Positions 47,501 through 60,850 of a DNA stretch of 64,000 nucleotides are shown here, in pieces. The DNA is from Camelus ferus (Eukaryota). Where the stretch lies: NCBI RefSeq assembly GCF_009834535.1, contig NC_045697.1:112160001-112224000 (forward strand), given 5' to 3'. The notes under the pieces are model-generated. The model ran no database searches. It saw nothing but the letters and a program-made list of their open reading frames with translations, and was not told the DNA's origin. Each line of letters starts with the position of its first letter. The stretch's first letter is position 1. The translations under genes were made by a program, and so were the position numbers.

Positions 47501-48440
47501 AATTAATATTAATGATACCTTATAAATTTGAGAGAATATTATTGAGGAGCAATCAAATTTAAATCTGGAAAAATAAATGCATGAGAAAAGGCACATTACT
47601 ATAAGGAATCCTGTGCCCAGTTTTGAGAAATTTCCAAAACCATGATAGAATTATTTGGTTTTTGAAAGTGTTGGTTAAACACAATGTGAACCTTATTCAA
47701 AGTGGCATTTGATCTACCTTAATACATTTCAGTTACAGCTGAATTTCCTGCTAATATTTCTTGGCACTTGATAAGTGAAATGTTTACCATTTCCTCTGAA
47801 CACTAAATTTTCTTGGTACAGCAAGCACTTTGGGAAAAATATCCTAGAATATACAGGAAAAAAAGTATTACAATGTTATTTGCATACCATCAATCTTCTG
47901 TTTGACTTCAAAAACACTGCTGGAATCATTTGCATGAAAACAAGATCTTTGTCTTTGAAGTTTATCTTCTCTTGCTATTTGTCTTATGCTGGATTATGAC
48001 TTCAAGTGAGGGTAAAACAGCGGGAACAGATGAACCCTTAAAAATAAAGATCCTGTTTTCATGCAAATACCTCCAATAATTACAACAGAGAAATGGGAAA
48101 GTTGTACACAAATTCTCTGACAAAATCCAATAGAGTTTTCCAAGAATAAAAAGGCTTTCATGATGTGATTTAACATCTGAAGTCGGTGAAGTCTGCATAT
48201 GTTACTTTGATCTTTAAAACCCTATGTAGTCTTGGTCCCGGAGACTTTCAGTGAGGCCTCTCAGGCATTCTGCAGTTCTCCTGCTCGAAAGGGCTGAGGG
48301 AAAACTCAGCATCACTGTTCTCTCTTAGAGTTTAGTTTGCAAACATTTGTTGTATTTGAAGATGATAATAATAGTGTGTGGTATGTTACAAATATATGTG
48401 TATATTGTATTTGATAAGCTGTAAAAGTTAAAACATATTT

Positions 48441-48540
48441 NNNNNNNNNNNNNNNNNNNNNNNNNNNNNNNNNNNNNNNNNNNNNNNNNNNNNNNNNNNN
48501 NNNNNNNNNNNNNNNNNNNNNNNNNNNNNNNNNNNNNNNN
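48441..48540. other. Assembly gap (100 N)
   Basis: Seen directly; true gap size unknown. Confidence 1.
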
Positions 48541-48827
48541 GCACCCGTCCTCAAGGGGAATCTTAACTCTCCTGTAATTTCCTGTTTCTCTGCCAATCAA
48601 TGCAGTGTTGAATGATTTCAAGCTCCTTACATAGAAGGATTTGATGATAAATTTGAACTCAGTATTTTTTATGGCTTCTTAGATCAACGTGACAAAATTG
48701 ATTCACATATTGTGAATTTCCCCTAAAAGGGGTTTTCCTATGTATTCTATGCCAAAAAATAAAATAAATAAAAAATTTTCTCCTTTTTTGCTTGTATCTT
48801 ATATGGGCTTTATCCTGTATAATCCAT

Positions 48828-48932
48828 TATATAGAAAAAGAATCTGAAAAGAATACATGTATGCATAACTGAATCACTTTGCTGTACACCTAAAACATTT
48901 TAAATCAACTATACTTCAATTAAAAAAATAAT
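48828..48932 (+). mobile_element. Very short L1 3' end
   Basis: ataactgaatcactttgctgtacacc..aaatcaactatacttcaattaaaaaaa. Confidence 0.8.
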
Positions 48933-49889
48933 AATTTGTTTATTTTGAATATTTAAATTAGGTAGTCTTTATATTTACTCAGTTCTTTTTAAAACAAGTC
49001 ACTTTCTAGGGGGAAAAATATCTAATCTGATATGTGGATTATGTATTTTATCCTTAAAGTAAACATGTCTTGTGTAAGCATACTTTCAGATTTCCTTTTG
49101 TAACAAGCCATCCCACCTGTGGATTTAAGAAGATGAGAGCGTTTATTTTAAAAATTAAATCCTTTTAAGGGGGAAATATTAGCACTAACTTTTTGGTGGT
49201 CAGCACACCAGTCATTAAACAAACTTCTGCTGATAAATGTTTATACTTTATTATGACAGCTATTCATAACACACTGACATAGCACCATCATTCATTGTTA
49301 CCTATTTTCAAAAAAATCCTGACACAGCTTGACACTTTCATACAATTTTAAAAGCTCAAAAGGACCTCAGAAATTATTTAGACCATGTTTAGATAAAGTA
49401 ACTAAAGCCCAGGAAGGTTAAGTGGCTTTTATAAAGTTTTATAGTTACCCCTGGCAGAATTATGATTCTGACTTAAAGTTACCTTGCCAAACAGTGAATT
49501 TTCAAAACCTTTATAGAGAAGGCTTCTCAGTTTTGCTTAGTAAGGAGAATATATATACTCTGGTGATGTGCGAATAGAAGGAAAAATATTTTACCTCAAA
49601 AATAAATAATACATTCAACTGAAACATTTATACCCATAATTAGTCACGTGGTGTTGCACTGAGATTTAAACACTCAATTAATTCTACACTATAGCAAGAA
49701 AAACATATTATCTTTAAAATAAAGCAGAAGAATATGCAATATATCAAATAGTAACTGAAATAGTTGAACGTACTGCATAAAGGATTTATCTTCCAAATCA
49801 AATATTCATTCTAAAAGGGAATTAATGAAAACTGGCCACTAGCAGGTTTCTGTGTGCTCAAAAAGTATAAATTATATAAAAATCCATGT

Positions 49890-49922
49890 GCACACACAGA
49901 GGCACCTGCACACACAGAGACG

Positions 49923-49961
<39 letters not shown>
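49890..49961. repeat. (CA)n microsatellite
   Basis: Seen directly. Confidence 0.95.
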
Positions 49962-49965
<4 letters not shown>

Positions 49966-50274
49966 TAAAATAGCTGAGTCATCTTATGTCTAAGATTTCT
50001 TTTAAAAGAAAGCTGCATGAAAGTATCAAGATAAAATAAATTTTTCTATTACTTAAAATGTAGCTATATTTGGGGGTTATTATATTTCTAATAGCCAAAT
50101 TCTTTGGGTCTTAACTTGTTTCATATCTATTCAATGCTTTTGGTAAATAGAGTAATTTTTTTCTTCTTTTGGAAAGTAGTCATTATTCATCTGCCACAAA
50201 ATCATGCTGATAAAAAAAAAGTTAATATGAGATTTAATAAAGCACAGTCTTAATAGCATTTATGGTCAATGATG

Positions 50275-50435
50275 GCTATTACAAGATATTGAGTACAGTT
50301 TCCTGTGCTATACAGTAGGTCCTTGTTGTTTATCTATTTCTATATACAGTAGGGTGTGTCTGATAATTTCAAATTCCCAATTTATCCCTCCTCCCTCTTC
50401 CCCCTGCGGTAAGCATAAGTTTGTTTTCTATGTCC
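50275..50435 (-). mobile_element. L1 3' UTR fragment
   Basis: tacaagatattgagtacagtttcctgtgctatacagtaggtccttgttg. Confidence 0.75.
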
Positions 50436-51244
50436 AAAATAAACAGATTGTTATTGACAAAACCAGCTCTTAACAGTTTCAGATTTCTTTCTAATGCATT
50501 TACTCATTAGGTCCTCATACGGTCCTCATACTGCATCAGTGAGAGATACAGTGCCCATATTACCATTCTAATTTATGTAAGAGGGAAATGAGGGGGAGAG
50601 AGGTGAAGCGTACTTTCTAAGGACTTACCAGGAGTGCCGATGCATGGCCCTCCCACTCCCCAGGATGTCCCTGTCCCCAGGGGTGCAAGAGGGAAGGTGG
50701 GACACAAAATGCAACCCCAGGCTCTCTCAGACTGGGGCCGGTGGAGGTCAGCAGCTTCATCCATTCATCCTCTGAGATGCGGCTGGAGCGCTCTCTGCCT
50801 CTTCTTGCTTGGAAACCTGCCAGAGCATCAGAAATCAGGCATTGGCTTCTCTGAGGACTGCCTGCCCCAGAATAAAACACACAGTTCTCTTGAAGGTTCA
50901 GATTCATATTATACAAAAATATAAAAGAAAAAATATGTAAAATAAACCAAGAGTGTTGACCTTATTAACAGCATTTTCCCCATTTTACACAAGAAGGGAA
51001 GTCCTCGTAGTGTGGTGGAGTCACCCTAGTGTAGATTATTTTGATTCCAAACTGACTTCAGTTCACCCAGTGATGTAGCCTGTGTGTAGTTGTATGTGTA
51101 CACACACATACATGCACACGTACGTAGATGTATGTATAGATATGTGTCTATAGGTATACAGACATAGTATAATATTCAGCTTTCACTATTTCATGTTGCC
51201 TTTCAATTTTGTAAATCTCTGGTTGTTACTTTCATGAGAATAAT

Positions 51245-51642
51245 TGCTATGAAAGACTTTACCAGTGTTTTCCAAGACTTCTAGTTTCCCCTTCTTGCTG
51301 CAAACCTACCTCCTCGAAACTAGGTGTGGTAAAGGGACTTGCCTTGGGCAATAAAACTGGAATGAAAGTGATGTGTGTCACTTCTGGGTAGAAGCATTTA
51401 AAAGCTAATGCAGCTTCTTCATTCGCTTACCTCTTGCTGTGATAAACCATAAAGCCTTGTGTTAGGATGGTGATGTTACGGGGTGGAGACAGACTTCTGT
51501 CTCTAGTTGACATTTGTGTTCAGTGTGAAGACTGAGTGAGAAATAAGCCTTTGTAATTTTGAGTGAGACTTTTTTTTATTCTAAAAAAAGTGAGATTTGG
51601 GGGTGTCTATGAGCACAGCATAACCTAGCTTATCCTGAGCAT
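51245..51642 (+). mobile_element. MLT1I-like MaLR LTR
   Basis: aagtgatgtgtgtcacttctgggtagaagcatttaa..tgagtgagaaataagcctttg..cagcataacctagcttatcctga. Confidence 0.75.
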
Positions 51643-52618
51643 CCTAACAACTCTAAGTCACCAATATCTTTTAATTTGTCAACTCCTTCAACTTACCTTC
51701 TTCTACCTGGCTCTTCAAATGCTATTTCATTCTACTGAAATATATATCTTTTACTTATATGGCTTGGAGGGATGTTTGTGTTTACTTGTTTTTATACATA
51801 CAAATTCTGCCACAAACCTCATGCTAAACTTGTTGTCTATTTACTTCCTTCTGTATATTTTAAATACACAGTACATTCTGAACCCAATGGCACAATTTTA
51901 ATATTGCTACAAAGGGTTTTATGAATTCTTTGAAAATATTTGAGAATGCGATAGAAGACGAATACATGAGTGAAATTCATAAGATGTGTGAGGTGTGGAT
52001 ATATAACATAACATGTGAGCAGGTAGCTTGAGAGATGTAGCAGATAAGTAAGGCAGTAGGCAGAGCCTGCATGAGATGAACATAGATATAAAAAGACAGA
52101 AAGATCAAAAGGCACCTAATAAGTGTGGTGCCCTAAATATATGGGAGACACATGGTATTCATCAGGCACTAAACACCTGTCAGCCATTGAGTGTCCCTAA
52201 GGTTTTAATTTGGTCACTTATTGGTAACATTCATTCTGGCCTCGTATATCTTCCACTCAAGAAACACAAGTAAAATCCATAGCTTATCACAAGCTGATTC
52301 CAGTGAGCTTCTCAGTGGGCACGGCCAGTGATTGGTCAGGTACAGACGTACGTGTGCCGGTCCCAGGCCTCTTCTACTGAGTTACTCAAACCTCAACTTG
52401 GTGTTTATAACTATACCATTAAGGGGGTAGGGCAGTTCAGAAAAGAGAGAGGACAAAATTATGCAAGAGATACACATGCATCTATCTATTTATCTATCTA
52501 TCCATTTATATAGAGAGAATTGTGTCACCCAGAGGTTAGGTGGAGTGTGTTCCACTCTGCACACTATTTCAGGTGTATTAACCTATGTCATCTTTTCCCC
52601 GTTGCTTCTCTGTATGCG

Positions 52619-52831
52619 GTTTTTTTTTTAATTGAAGTTTAGTCAATTTACAATGTTGTATCTGTTTCTGGTGCACATCATAGTGATTCAGTTTATATAT
52701 ACATATGCTTCTTTTTCATATTCTTTTTCATTACAGGTAACTACAAGCCATTGAATATAGTTCCCTGTGCTATACAGCAGGACCTTGTTTATCTATTCAC
52801 AGTAGTTTGTATCTGCCAATCCCAAACTCCC
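52619..52831 (-). mobile_element. Lineage-specific L1 3' end
   Basis: Poly-T then aattgaagtttagtcaatttacaatgttgt..atagttccctgtgctatacag. Confidence 0.85.
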
Positions 52832-53209
52832 TATGTGTTTTAATTGACTAAGTAAATCACGTTATTTGAGCATTTTAATTTGTTCTGTGAGTCTTTCTTT
52901 TCCATGGCCTTTGGGATCTTGTTGAGAGTGGATATTGGAGGATATCAGAGCATCAAGATCATTTACTTTATGACAGCATTTTTCATAGCAGGAAACAGTC
53001 TAAGGAAGGACTAATGGATATTATAGCAACACTGGTCTGGCTGCTATGTTTGATGATTATTAATCTTGCTACACAGCCTGTGTAATGTATTTGTAGAAGT
53101 GCATTTTCATTTTATTTTTCTGAAAGTTACCAAAAGAAGAATGCTCTGAATACCACAAAACATCTTTCAGCCCATACTTCTTTAAACATGCTGATATTCA
53201 AAATACTGA

Positions 53210-53480
53210 TAAACTTTGTTTAAGGACCTTTTATGTGTAGTGCATTATGTTAGGTGATGTGGAAATTACAAAAGTGGAGGAGATATAATTTTTGTCTTCA
53301 AGGAACTGATGTCTAATAGGGCAAAGAATGTTCATATGAGGTGAAATAGTGCAAAAAGTATAAAATATAAAAATACACGGCAATAAGAGTGCTGCGGGGC
53401 CTGGAGGAGCGATCCAGAAGAGGGAGAGACATCATGTACAAAAAGGGAATGTGGAAAGGCTTTATGAATTTAGGGATAGA
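53210..53480 (-). mobile_element. L2 fragment
   Basis: tatgtgtagtgcattatgttaggtgatg..ttgtcttcaaggaactgatgtctaatagg. Confidence 0.55.
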
Positions 53481-53837
53481 AGGCACGTGTAAAAATAAAA
53501 ATTTGCCGAGAGAGCCAACTGTCTGCTAAGGAAACTTATGTGATGCCATTATCTCAGAGAGAATTTACCAAGTGGTAAGGTCAGTTCAGAAGCTAATTTG
53601 ATTTATTTTTGAGTGCACAGAAACAGAAGCAAACTTAAGAATTCTGCTGCTATAGTAGGTACACACTGAGAATTTATAATTCTATAGTAAAATATTGATA
53701 AACATGAGTGCAAACATCTTTGAGGCACAAGGCATATATTGACCATGGAATTATCTTCTAGAGAATGATATTATGCAGTTATTCTTAAAATATCCTTTAT
53801 TTTTTAAAATGTTGGTCATTATTGGTATTTGTGTAAA

Positions 53838-54890
53838 TTTTATTTTAATGTAATTTCAAACTTACAGAAAAGTTGCAAGCAATTCCCATATATCCTTTAT
53901 GCAGTTATTTTGACCATTTATTTTGTAATTTTCTCTTTCTGTACTTATGTGTGTATAATATATTTAATGTTCTATATTCTGTGTGTAGATATATATATAC
54001 ACACACATACACCATACATAGCAGATAAAGATGTACATACGTGTATTTTTTTTTCTGAGTCACTTGAGAATGAGTTAAAGACATCATGCCTTTTTATTCT
54101 TAAATACTTTGATGTGCATTTGTAAAGACAAAGATATTCTTTTATGAAACTACAACATAGTTATCAAAATTATAATATCTAACCTTGATATAATGCTGTT
54201 ATCTAATCTGCAGTCCATATTCAAATTTCACCAGTTGTTTCAATCACGCCTCCTTTATGTCTATTTACTTTTTCTGTTCCATGGTCACCCATTGCATCTA
54301 GTCATTATGTCCCTTAATCTGGAAGAATTCTTAAGCCTTCCTTTGTGTTTCTTGAACTTGGTAATTTTGAAAAGCCCAGGCCGGCTGTTTTATAGAATGA
54401 TGTTACTCAGATTCTCTTGCTGCTCCTTTTTATTAGTTTCAGTTAGGCATTTTTGGCAAGATTACTACCAAGGGGATTTGTGTCTTTCTCGGAGTATCAC
54501 AGCAGGAGGCACACAATGTCCGTTTTCCCATTTATTGGAGATGCCGTCTTTGATCACTTGGTTTAGGTGGTGTGCACCAAGTTCACTCACTGTACAACTG
54601 ATATTTTTAACTTGCTATCAAAAAGTAATTGTGGGAAAATACTCTGAGTCTATGTTCTTATCCAGCTTTTACCCACTAGTTTTCATCCATTGATGATCTT
54701 TTTACTCCATGATTCCTTCTTATTAATTGGTCCACTCAAACTGACTGCCCTGTCTTTTGACATGTCTCCATCTGTCTTTGAGCAGGGTCTTACTTTCTGG
54801 TAAGAACAAGATATTCCAGGCTCATCTTGTATTTTTTCTGCTCTAGCAATGAATCAACCATTTCACCAACAAGCCCTATTCTATTTTATA
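53838..54890 (-). mobile_element. L1MC4/5-like 3' end
   Basis: taatttcaaacttacagaaaagttgcaag..tctaatctgcagtccatattcaaattt..ttccaggctcatcttgtatt. Confidence 0.75.
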
Positions 54891-54894
54891 CACC

Positions 54895-57015
54895 ATAGCC
54901 ATTCTAACAGTGTGAGGTCATATCTCATTGTAGTTTTCACTTGCATTTCCCTGATAATTATTGATGTTGAGCATCTTTTTGTGTGCCTTTTGGCTATCTG
55001 TATGTCTTATTTGGAAATATCTTTTCAGACTCTCTGCCCATTTTTTAAATTGGACTTTTTGAGATTTTGTTATTGAATTTTATGAGTTCTTTATATATTT
55101 TGTTTATTAATAGCTTATCAGATACATGATTTGCAAATATTTTCTCCAATTCAGTAGGTTGCCTTTTCATTTTGTTGATCGTTTGTTTTGCTTTGCAGAA
55201 GCTTATAAGTGTAATTAGGTCTCATTGGTTTATTTGCTTTTGTTGCATTTGCTTTTGGAGTCAGATCCAAAAATTCATTGCTAAGATCAATGTCAAGTAG
55301 CTTACTATCTATGTTTTTTTCTGGAAGTTTTATGGTTTTAGATCTTACATTCAAGTCTTTAATCTATTTAGGGTTAATTTTTGTGTGTGGTGTAACATAG
55401 TGGTGTAGTTTCATTCTTTTGCATATTGTCCAGTTTCCCCAACACCCTTTATTAAAGAGAATATTCTTTCCCCATTGTATATTCTTACCTCCTTTGTTGT
55501 AAATTAATTGACCATATATTTGTAGGTTTATTTCTGGGCTCTCTATTCTGTTCCATTGATTTATGTGTCTGTTTTTATGCTATTAGTCTACTGTTTTGAT
55601 TATTATAGCTTTGTGATATAGTTTGAAGTCAGGGAGACTGACACCTTCAGATTTGTTTTTCTTTCTCAAGATTGCTTTACCTATTTAAGGTCTTTTGTGG
55701 TTCCACACAAATTTTAGAATTGTTTATTCTATTTCTGTGAAAGATGTTTCTGAAATTTTTATAGGAATTGCATTGAATCTATCTATTGCTTTGAGTATAT
55801 AGCAAATGTAAACATTTTAACAATATTAATTCTTCCAATTCATGAACATAAAATATCTTTTGATGTTTTTGTATCTTCTTCAATTTCTTTCATTAATGAC
55901 TTATACTTTTCAGTATAGAGGTCTTTCACATCCTACTTAAATTTATTCCAAGATATTTCATTCTTTTTGATGTAATTTTAAATGGAATTGTTTTTTTAAT
56001 TTCTCTTTCCACTGGTTTGTTGCTAACGTATACCAATTTTTATATATTGATTTTATACCCTGCAACTTTATTGAATTCATTTATTAGTTCTAATAGTTTT
56101 TGTTTTTGTTTTTGTTTTTTTCAGTTGAGTCCTTAGGGTTTTCTATATATAAAATCATGCCATCTGCAAAAAAAAAAAAAAAAAAAAAAAGACAATTTTA
56201 CTTCCTTTCCAATTTGGATGCACTTTCTTTTTCTTTTCTTTTTTCTTAGATTTCTATTACTATGTTAAATAAAATTGGAAAGAGTAAGCATCCTTTTTTT
56301 CCCCCACGATCTTAAAAGAAAACTTGTAGTTTTTCACCATTGAGTACAATGTTGGCTGTGGGCTTCTCACATATGACCTTTATTATATTGAGGTATGTTT
56401 CCTCTATACCCATTTTGTTGAGAGTTTTTATCATAAATGGATTTTGACTTTTGTCAAATGCTTTTCCTGCTTCTATTGAGCTGATCATACAATTTTTGTC
56501 CTTCATTTTGTTAATGTGGTGTAACAAGTTGTTGATTTGCTGATGTTGATTCATCCTTACATCCCCAGAATAAATCTCACTTGATCATACTATATGATTC
56601 TTTTAATGTATTTTGAATTTGGTTTGTTAATACTTTGTTTTGCATCTGTGGTCATTAAGTATATTAGCCTAAAATTTTCTTTTTGTTTTCTTTCTTTTTT
56701 AAATGCCCGTATCTAGTTTTGATGTCCAGATAATGCTGACCTTGTAAAATGAGTTTGGAAGCTTTTCTTCCTCTTGAATTTTTGTAAGAGTTTGAGAAGG
56801 ATAGATATTAAATCTTCTTTAAACAATTGGCAGAATTTACCAGGGAAGCCATATGGTCCTGGATTTTGTTTGGAGGTTTTTGATTACTGATTTAATATTC
56901 TTAATAATGATCTTTTTATTTAGATTTTGTTTCTTCCTGATTCTATCTTGGAAGATTGTATGATAATAAGAACTTATTAATTTCTTCTGGGTTGTCCAGT
57001 TCATTGGTATATATT
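54895..57015 (-). mobile_element. L1 ORF2 fragment (RT to C-terminal region)
   Basis: Minus ORFs [61 protein letters not shown] and KTIKLPEKNI..LLDIDLSNEFLDLTPKANATKA. Confidence 0.92.
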
Positions 57016-57809
57016 AAAACATCTTTAAATATAGATTTCATACAGTGTATAGGTTGCTATTAATTAAAATAAGACATACAACATTATTGCTAATTCTTAC
57101 CAATTTCATGAATTCTGCCACTTTAAATACTGTAAGTTCCACTGCAATAAAAAATAAAAATTAATGCTTTAAAAAACTTAGGAAAGTATCAAATCACACT
57201 CTTAAGGTGCAGCTAGGATTATGGGAACAATATACTACTGCTAAAATTTTAGCTATTCTCTTCTTCCTTATTTAGATTTTGCTTGAGATATTTGGCTATT
57301 ATAATGGTCTTGATTTCTTGTGAATAAAATAATAAATGCTGCTATATATACAAATGATTGATAAAATTATATACACGTGTGTGTGTTCTTGCTCAAATTT
57401 CTGAAAAATACTAGATTTTTGTCTCACTGCGCCTCTTTGCTGAAAAGTCTGGGTCTGCAAAGTGCTGTCCATGGTGCTGAACTCAGTCTCCCTGACCCAA
57501 GGGCGCAGCTTCACCATGAATCCATAAAAGCACTGTCTCCTGATGTACACTTATGTGACTACAGGAATTTCAACTACATACCAAATAAACTGCCATCAAT
57601 TTCTTATAGATGGCTCACAAATTAAAACTTAACAGTCAATGAATTCTCATTCTTGCATACACAAGAATTTTGAAAGAAAATTCATTTTAGTAAGTACATA
57701 ACAGACTGATCTATACATTAGAATAATAGTTTATTAATTTTCACATAAAAAGTATCTAAATGGATGCCTTCCAAGGGGATAAATAATCTCATTTTAGTCA
57801 TAAATTACT

Positions 57810-58020
57810 AATAACTAGCATTTAGTCTATGTTAGGTACAGTTTGAAGTGCTTCATATATATATTAAGTGATGAAATCATCACAGCAAACCTATAAAATA
57901 AATACTCATTATTTTTACTTTATAGATAAGAAACTTGAAGTATATAGGTAGACAATAGTGGAATTTTGAGAGTCTTGTCCCAAGAACGAGTCAGGTCAGG
58001 AATGTGGGCTGGGGTACTCC
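57810..58020 (-). mobile_element. MIR
   Basis: ataactagcattt..aagtgcttcatatatatatta..tttatagataagaaact. Confidence 0.65.
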
Positions 58021-58094
58021 TTTATTTCTACTGTGTGTGTATGGGTGTGTACTCACTAATAATAATTGATTCCATTTGCTGTTTTTTTAAGTAC

Positions 58095-58345
58095 AGGCAG
58101 TATTGCATAGTGATTAAGAAAATTCAGAGGACAGATTTCCTGGGTTCTAAATACCACCTAGGATATCAGTAGTTTCACACATTTGCAAGTTGCTTTCCAT
58201 TTCTGCACCTAAGTTTTCTCATCCATAAAAATGTAAAAAATATTAGTACCCATTGCATAAAGTTGTTGTGAATGTTACATTGGTGAACGAATGTAAAATA
58301 TTCAGAAAAATACCTTGCATATATCAGAACTCAATAATAATAACA
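58095..58345 (+). mobile_element. MIR
   Basis: aggcagtattgcatagtgattaag..cctgggttctaaatacc..ttttctcatccataaaa..gttgttgtga. Confidence 0.75.
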
Positions 58346-58991
58346 ATGAATTTTGCATATTTTCATGATATTAATCCGATTGCAATCAGATTTTTGATAA
58401 ATCTTATCTTGTTCACAAAAACTTTTTTGGCCAAAGCACATGATTTCAATATTTAATTTTCTTTCTTATGTATTTCTTTTTTATGGTTTAAATATAGAGA
58501 CTTGCCTACTCTTCCATGCCGCATATGCAGCTTCTAAATTTGATCTCTGTGGCTGGGTAAACAAGAAATAGCACAAATTACAAATGAAGACATCCAAATA
58601 AACAATGTTTTTCACTGTGTAGATAATTTACAATATATGATATTAACAACAGAAAAGTAATCACTATTACCATTTATATATGAACCAAGTCAATTAAAGG
58701 CAAAAGAAAAAAATCAGTGTTTCTTGACACATATGATTAGTTAATCATTATTTGGCAACTAAGAAAAAAGTGGTCAGTTGCCACAATAAGATGGTCAAGT
58801 GAGACAAAATAGATAAATATCAAACCAGTATTGAATCAGGGATATAAACAAGATAAGCACTTTTGGAAATGTTGCAATGCAAGAATTCCTCATAGATATT
58901 GTTTTACTCTAATATTTGAAACAGTGCCATTCATTTATAAAGCATGGATTTGATTAATAAATTACTCTAGGTTTGATACCTAGATACTCTA

Positions 58992-59585
58992 CTTTTTTTA
59001 ATTGAAGTACAGTCAGTTACAATGTGTCAATTTCTGGTGTACAGCACAATGTTCCAGTCATGCATATACATACATATATTCGTTTTCATATTCTTTTTCA
59101 ATAAAGGTTACTACAAGATATTGAATATAGTTCCCTGTGCTATACAGAAGAAATTTGGGTTTTTATATATTTTTATATATAGTGGCTAACATTTGTAAAT
59201 CTCAAACTCCCAGATTTATCCCTTCCCATCCCCTTCCCCCTGGTAACCATAAGACTGTTTACTATGTCTGCGAGTCTGTTTCTGTTTTGTAGATGAATTC
59301 ATTAGTGTCCTCTTTGTTCTTTTTTTTTTCAGATTCCACATATGAGTGATACCACATGGTTTTTTTCTTTCTCTTTCTGGCTTGCTTCACTTAGAATGAT
59401 GATCTCCATGTCCATCCATATTGCTGCAAATGGCATTATATTATCCTTTTTATTGCTGAGTAGTATTCCATTGTATAAATATACTAGAGCTTCTTTATCC
59501 AGTCATCTGTCGATGGACATTTAGGTTGATTCCATGTCTTGGCTATTGTATATAGTGCTGCTGTGAACATTGTAATGCATGTACT
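58992..59585 (-). mobile_element. Lineage-specific L1 3' end
   Basis: ORF TMFTAALYTIAKTWNQPKCPSTDDWIKKL; 11-bp TSD tagatactcta (58981-58991 and 59586-59596). Confidence 0.92.
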
Positions 59586-59834
59586 TAGATACTCTATCGA
59601 ATGCTGGTATGCAAACAAAGGAAAAACCAAACAAACAAAATGTGAGATGGGGTTTTCATCCCTAAAACATTTGAGGTCAGTGGGAGAGATAAGTAAACAA
59701 ATCATGGCAAGAGAGTATGAGGAGGGATGTATGAAGTGGCTTGGGAATGAAAACACAGAGTGGCATGTGAGTGAGATTTCAAAGACTATGCAACTTTTTT
59801 TACCCTCTGGACTAGCATCTTAAGAGAACGTACA

Positions 59835-60020
59835 GTTTAGTTTTTAAAGTTTAAGCCTCAAGTTTTAAGTCTTCATTTTATACATTATGGTTGTGTGAAC
59901 TTGTGCAAACCCCTTAAGCTTCATCTCAGCTACTGTAATAAGTGTTAAATGAGATAATGCACATAAAGTACTTAGCTCAAACTCCAGCGTATTGATTTTC
60001 AGTATAATGTTTCTACTATG
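59835..60020 (+). mobile_element. MIR
   Basis: ttgtgtgaacttgtgcaa..ttaaatgagataatgcacataaagtacttagc. Confidence 0.6.
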
Positions 60021-60599
60021 AAAGCTGAGAGAGAATTTGCCAGGAAACTGTTATGGAGTGTGGGTGGGTTCCTTTCAGACCTAAAACAAAGACACAGAGA
60101 GAGTATGGCCCTTAAGTAAAATGTAAGTGCACCTGACTGAGCAGTAGAAGAATAAGCTAGAAAATTAAAAAGAGTCTAGACTTTATGTTGAATATAAAGA
60201 TGCTTTTAATATACATAATGGAAGATTTAATTGCCTAGGAAACATATAATGACAAGGTCAGTATGAAGTCAGTCATGTTTTAAATGAGTTGACATTTAAT
60301 TAATCACAGTAGCACAATTTAAAAAGAAGTAGTGTGTGTATATATAAGGCTGATTATTTCACAGAAAATCTGAGGGTATGTAAGGATTTGTAGACCGTTT
60401 GCAACAACTCTGGTTGGAAACTACTGCCAATGATTATGTCAAACACTGTAGATTTTGCTCAGGGGAATGACATTGTCAGGTTTGCATTTGAGAAACGGTA
60501 CTCTGTACATGGTTGAAGGATGTTGTAAAAAGGTTGGGGAGAGGGTGGGGCTGTAGGCATGAACTCAATCAGAGGCTATTTCAGTGGTTTGGAGAAGGG

Positions 60600-60850
60600 T
60601 TATATATCGGTGTGTCTCTTGATAGGAAACAGAGCTCACAGCCTGTTGGAGTTTGTCACAAGACTTTTCAGTAAAGGAAATACTGATATGTGAGTAGAGT
60701 TAAAGTAACCAAGAGGTTAGAACTAGCAAGAGTGGAAGCCATTACTACTCTTAAGCCTTACCACTCTTCCACTCCTAAGGTAACATTAGAGCCTGGTTGA
60801 GGGCTGAAATCATGGGAGAAGCTGTAGGACCTGATGGTTATGACACATCC
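60600..60850 (-). mobile_element. ERVL LTR fragment (LTR33/LTR41-like) among L2 remnants
   Basis: aggaaacagagctcaca..gagttaaagtaaccaa..actagcaagagtggaagccattactac. Confidence 0.4.

Noticed and set aside
48312..48621. ORFs crossing the N run
   Set aside because: Artefacts of the assembly gap
48701..48738. Adjacent NF-kB-like sites and small hairpins
   Set aside because: Only one exact 10-mer match in AT-rich DNA near a gap; compatible with chance
50510..50531. 11-bp tandem repeat ggtcctcatac twice
   Set aside because: Ordinary small slippage duplication with no further structure
54193..54693. Longest ORF (166 aa)
   Set aside because: Antisense to an old L1MC 3' region; Leu/Phe/Ser-rich composition typical of T-rich DNA; no recognisable domain
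1620..57015. Functional reverse transcriptase or transposase
   Set aside because: All L1 ORF2, Kanga1 and Tigger1 pieces are fragmented by stops, frameshifts and deletions
57810..58345. Head-to-head MIR pair as a dsRNA hairpin
   Set aside because: Both copies are too diverged for extended pairing, and such pairs are common
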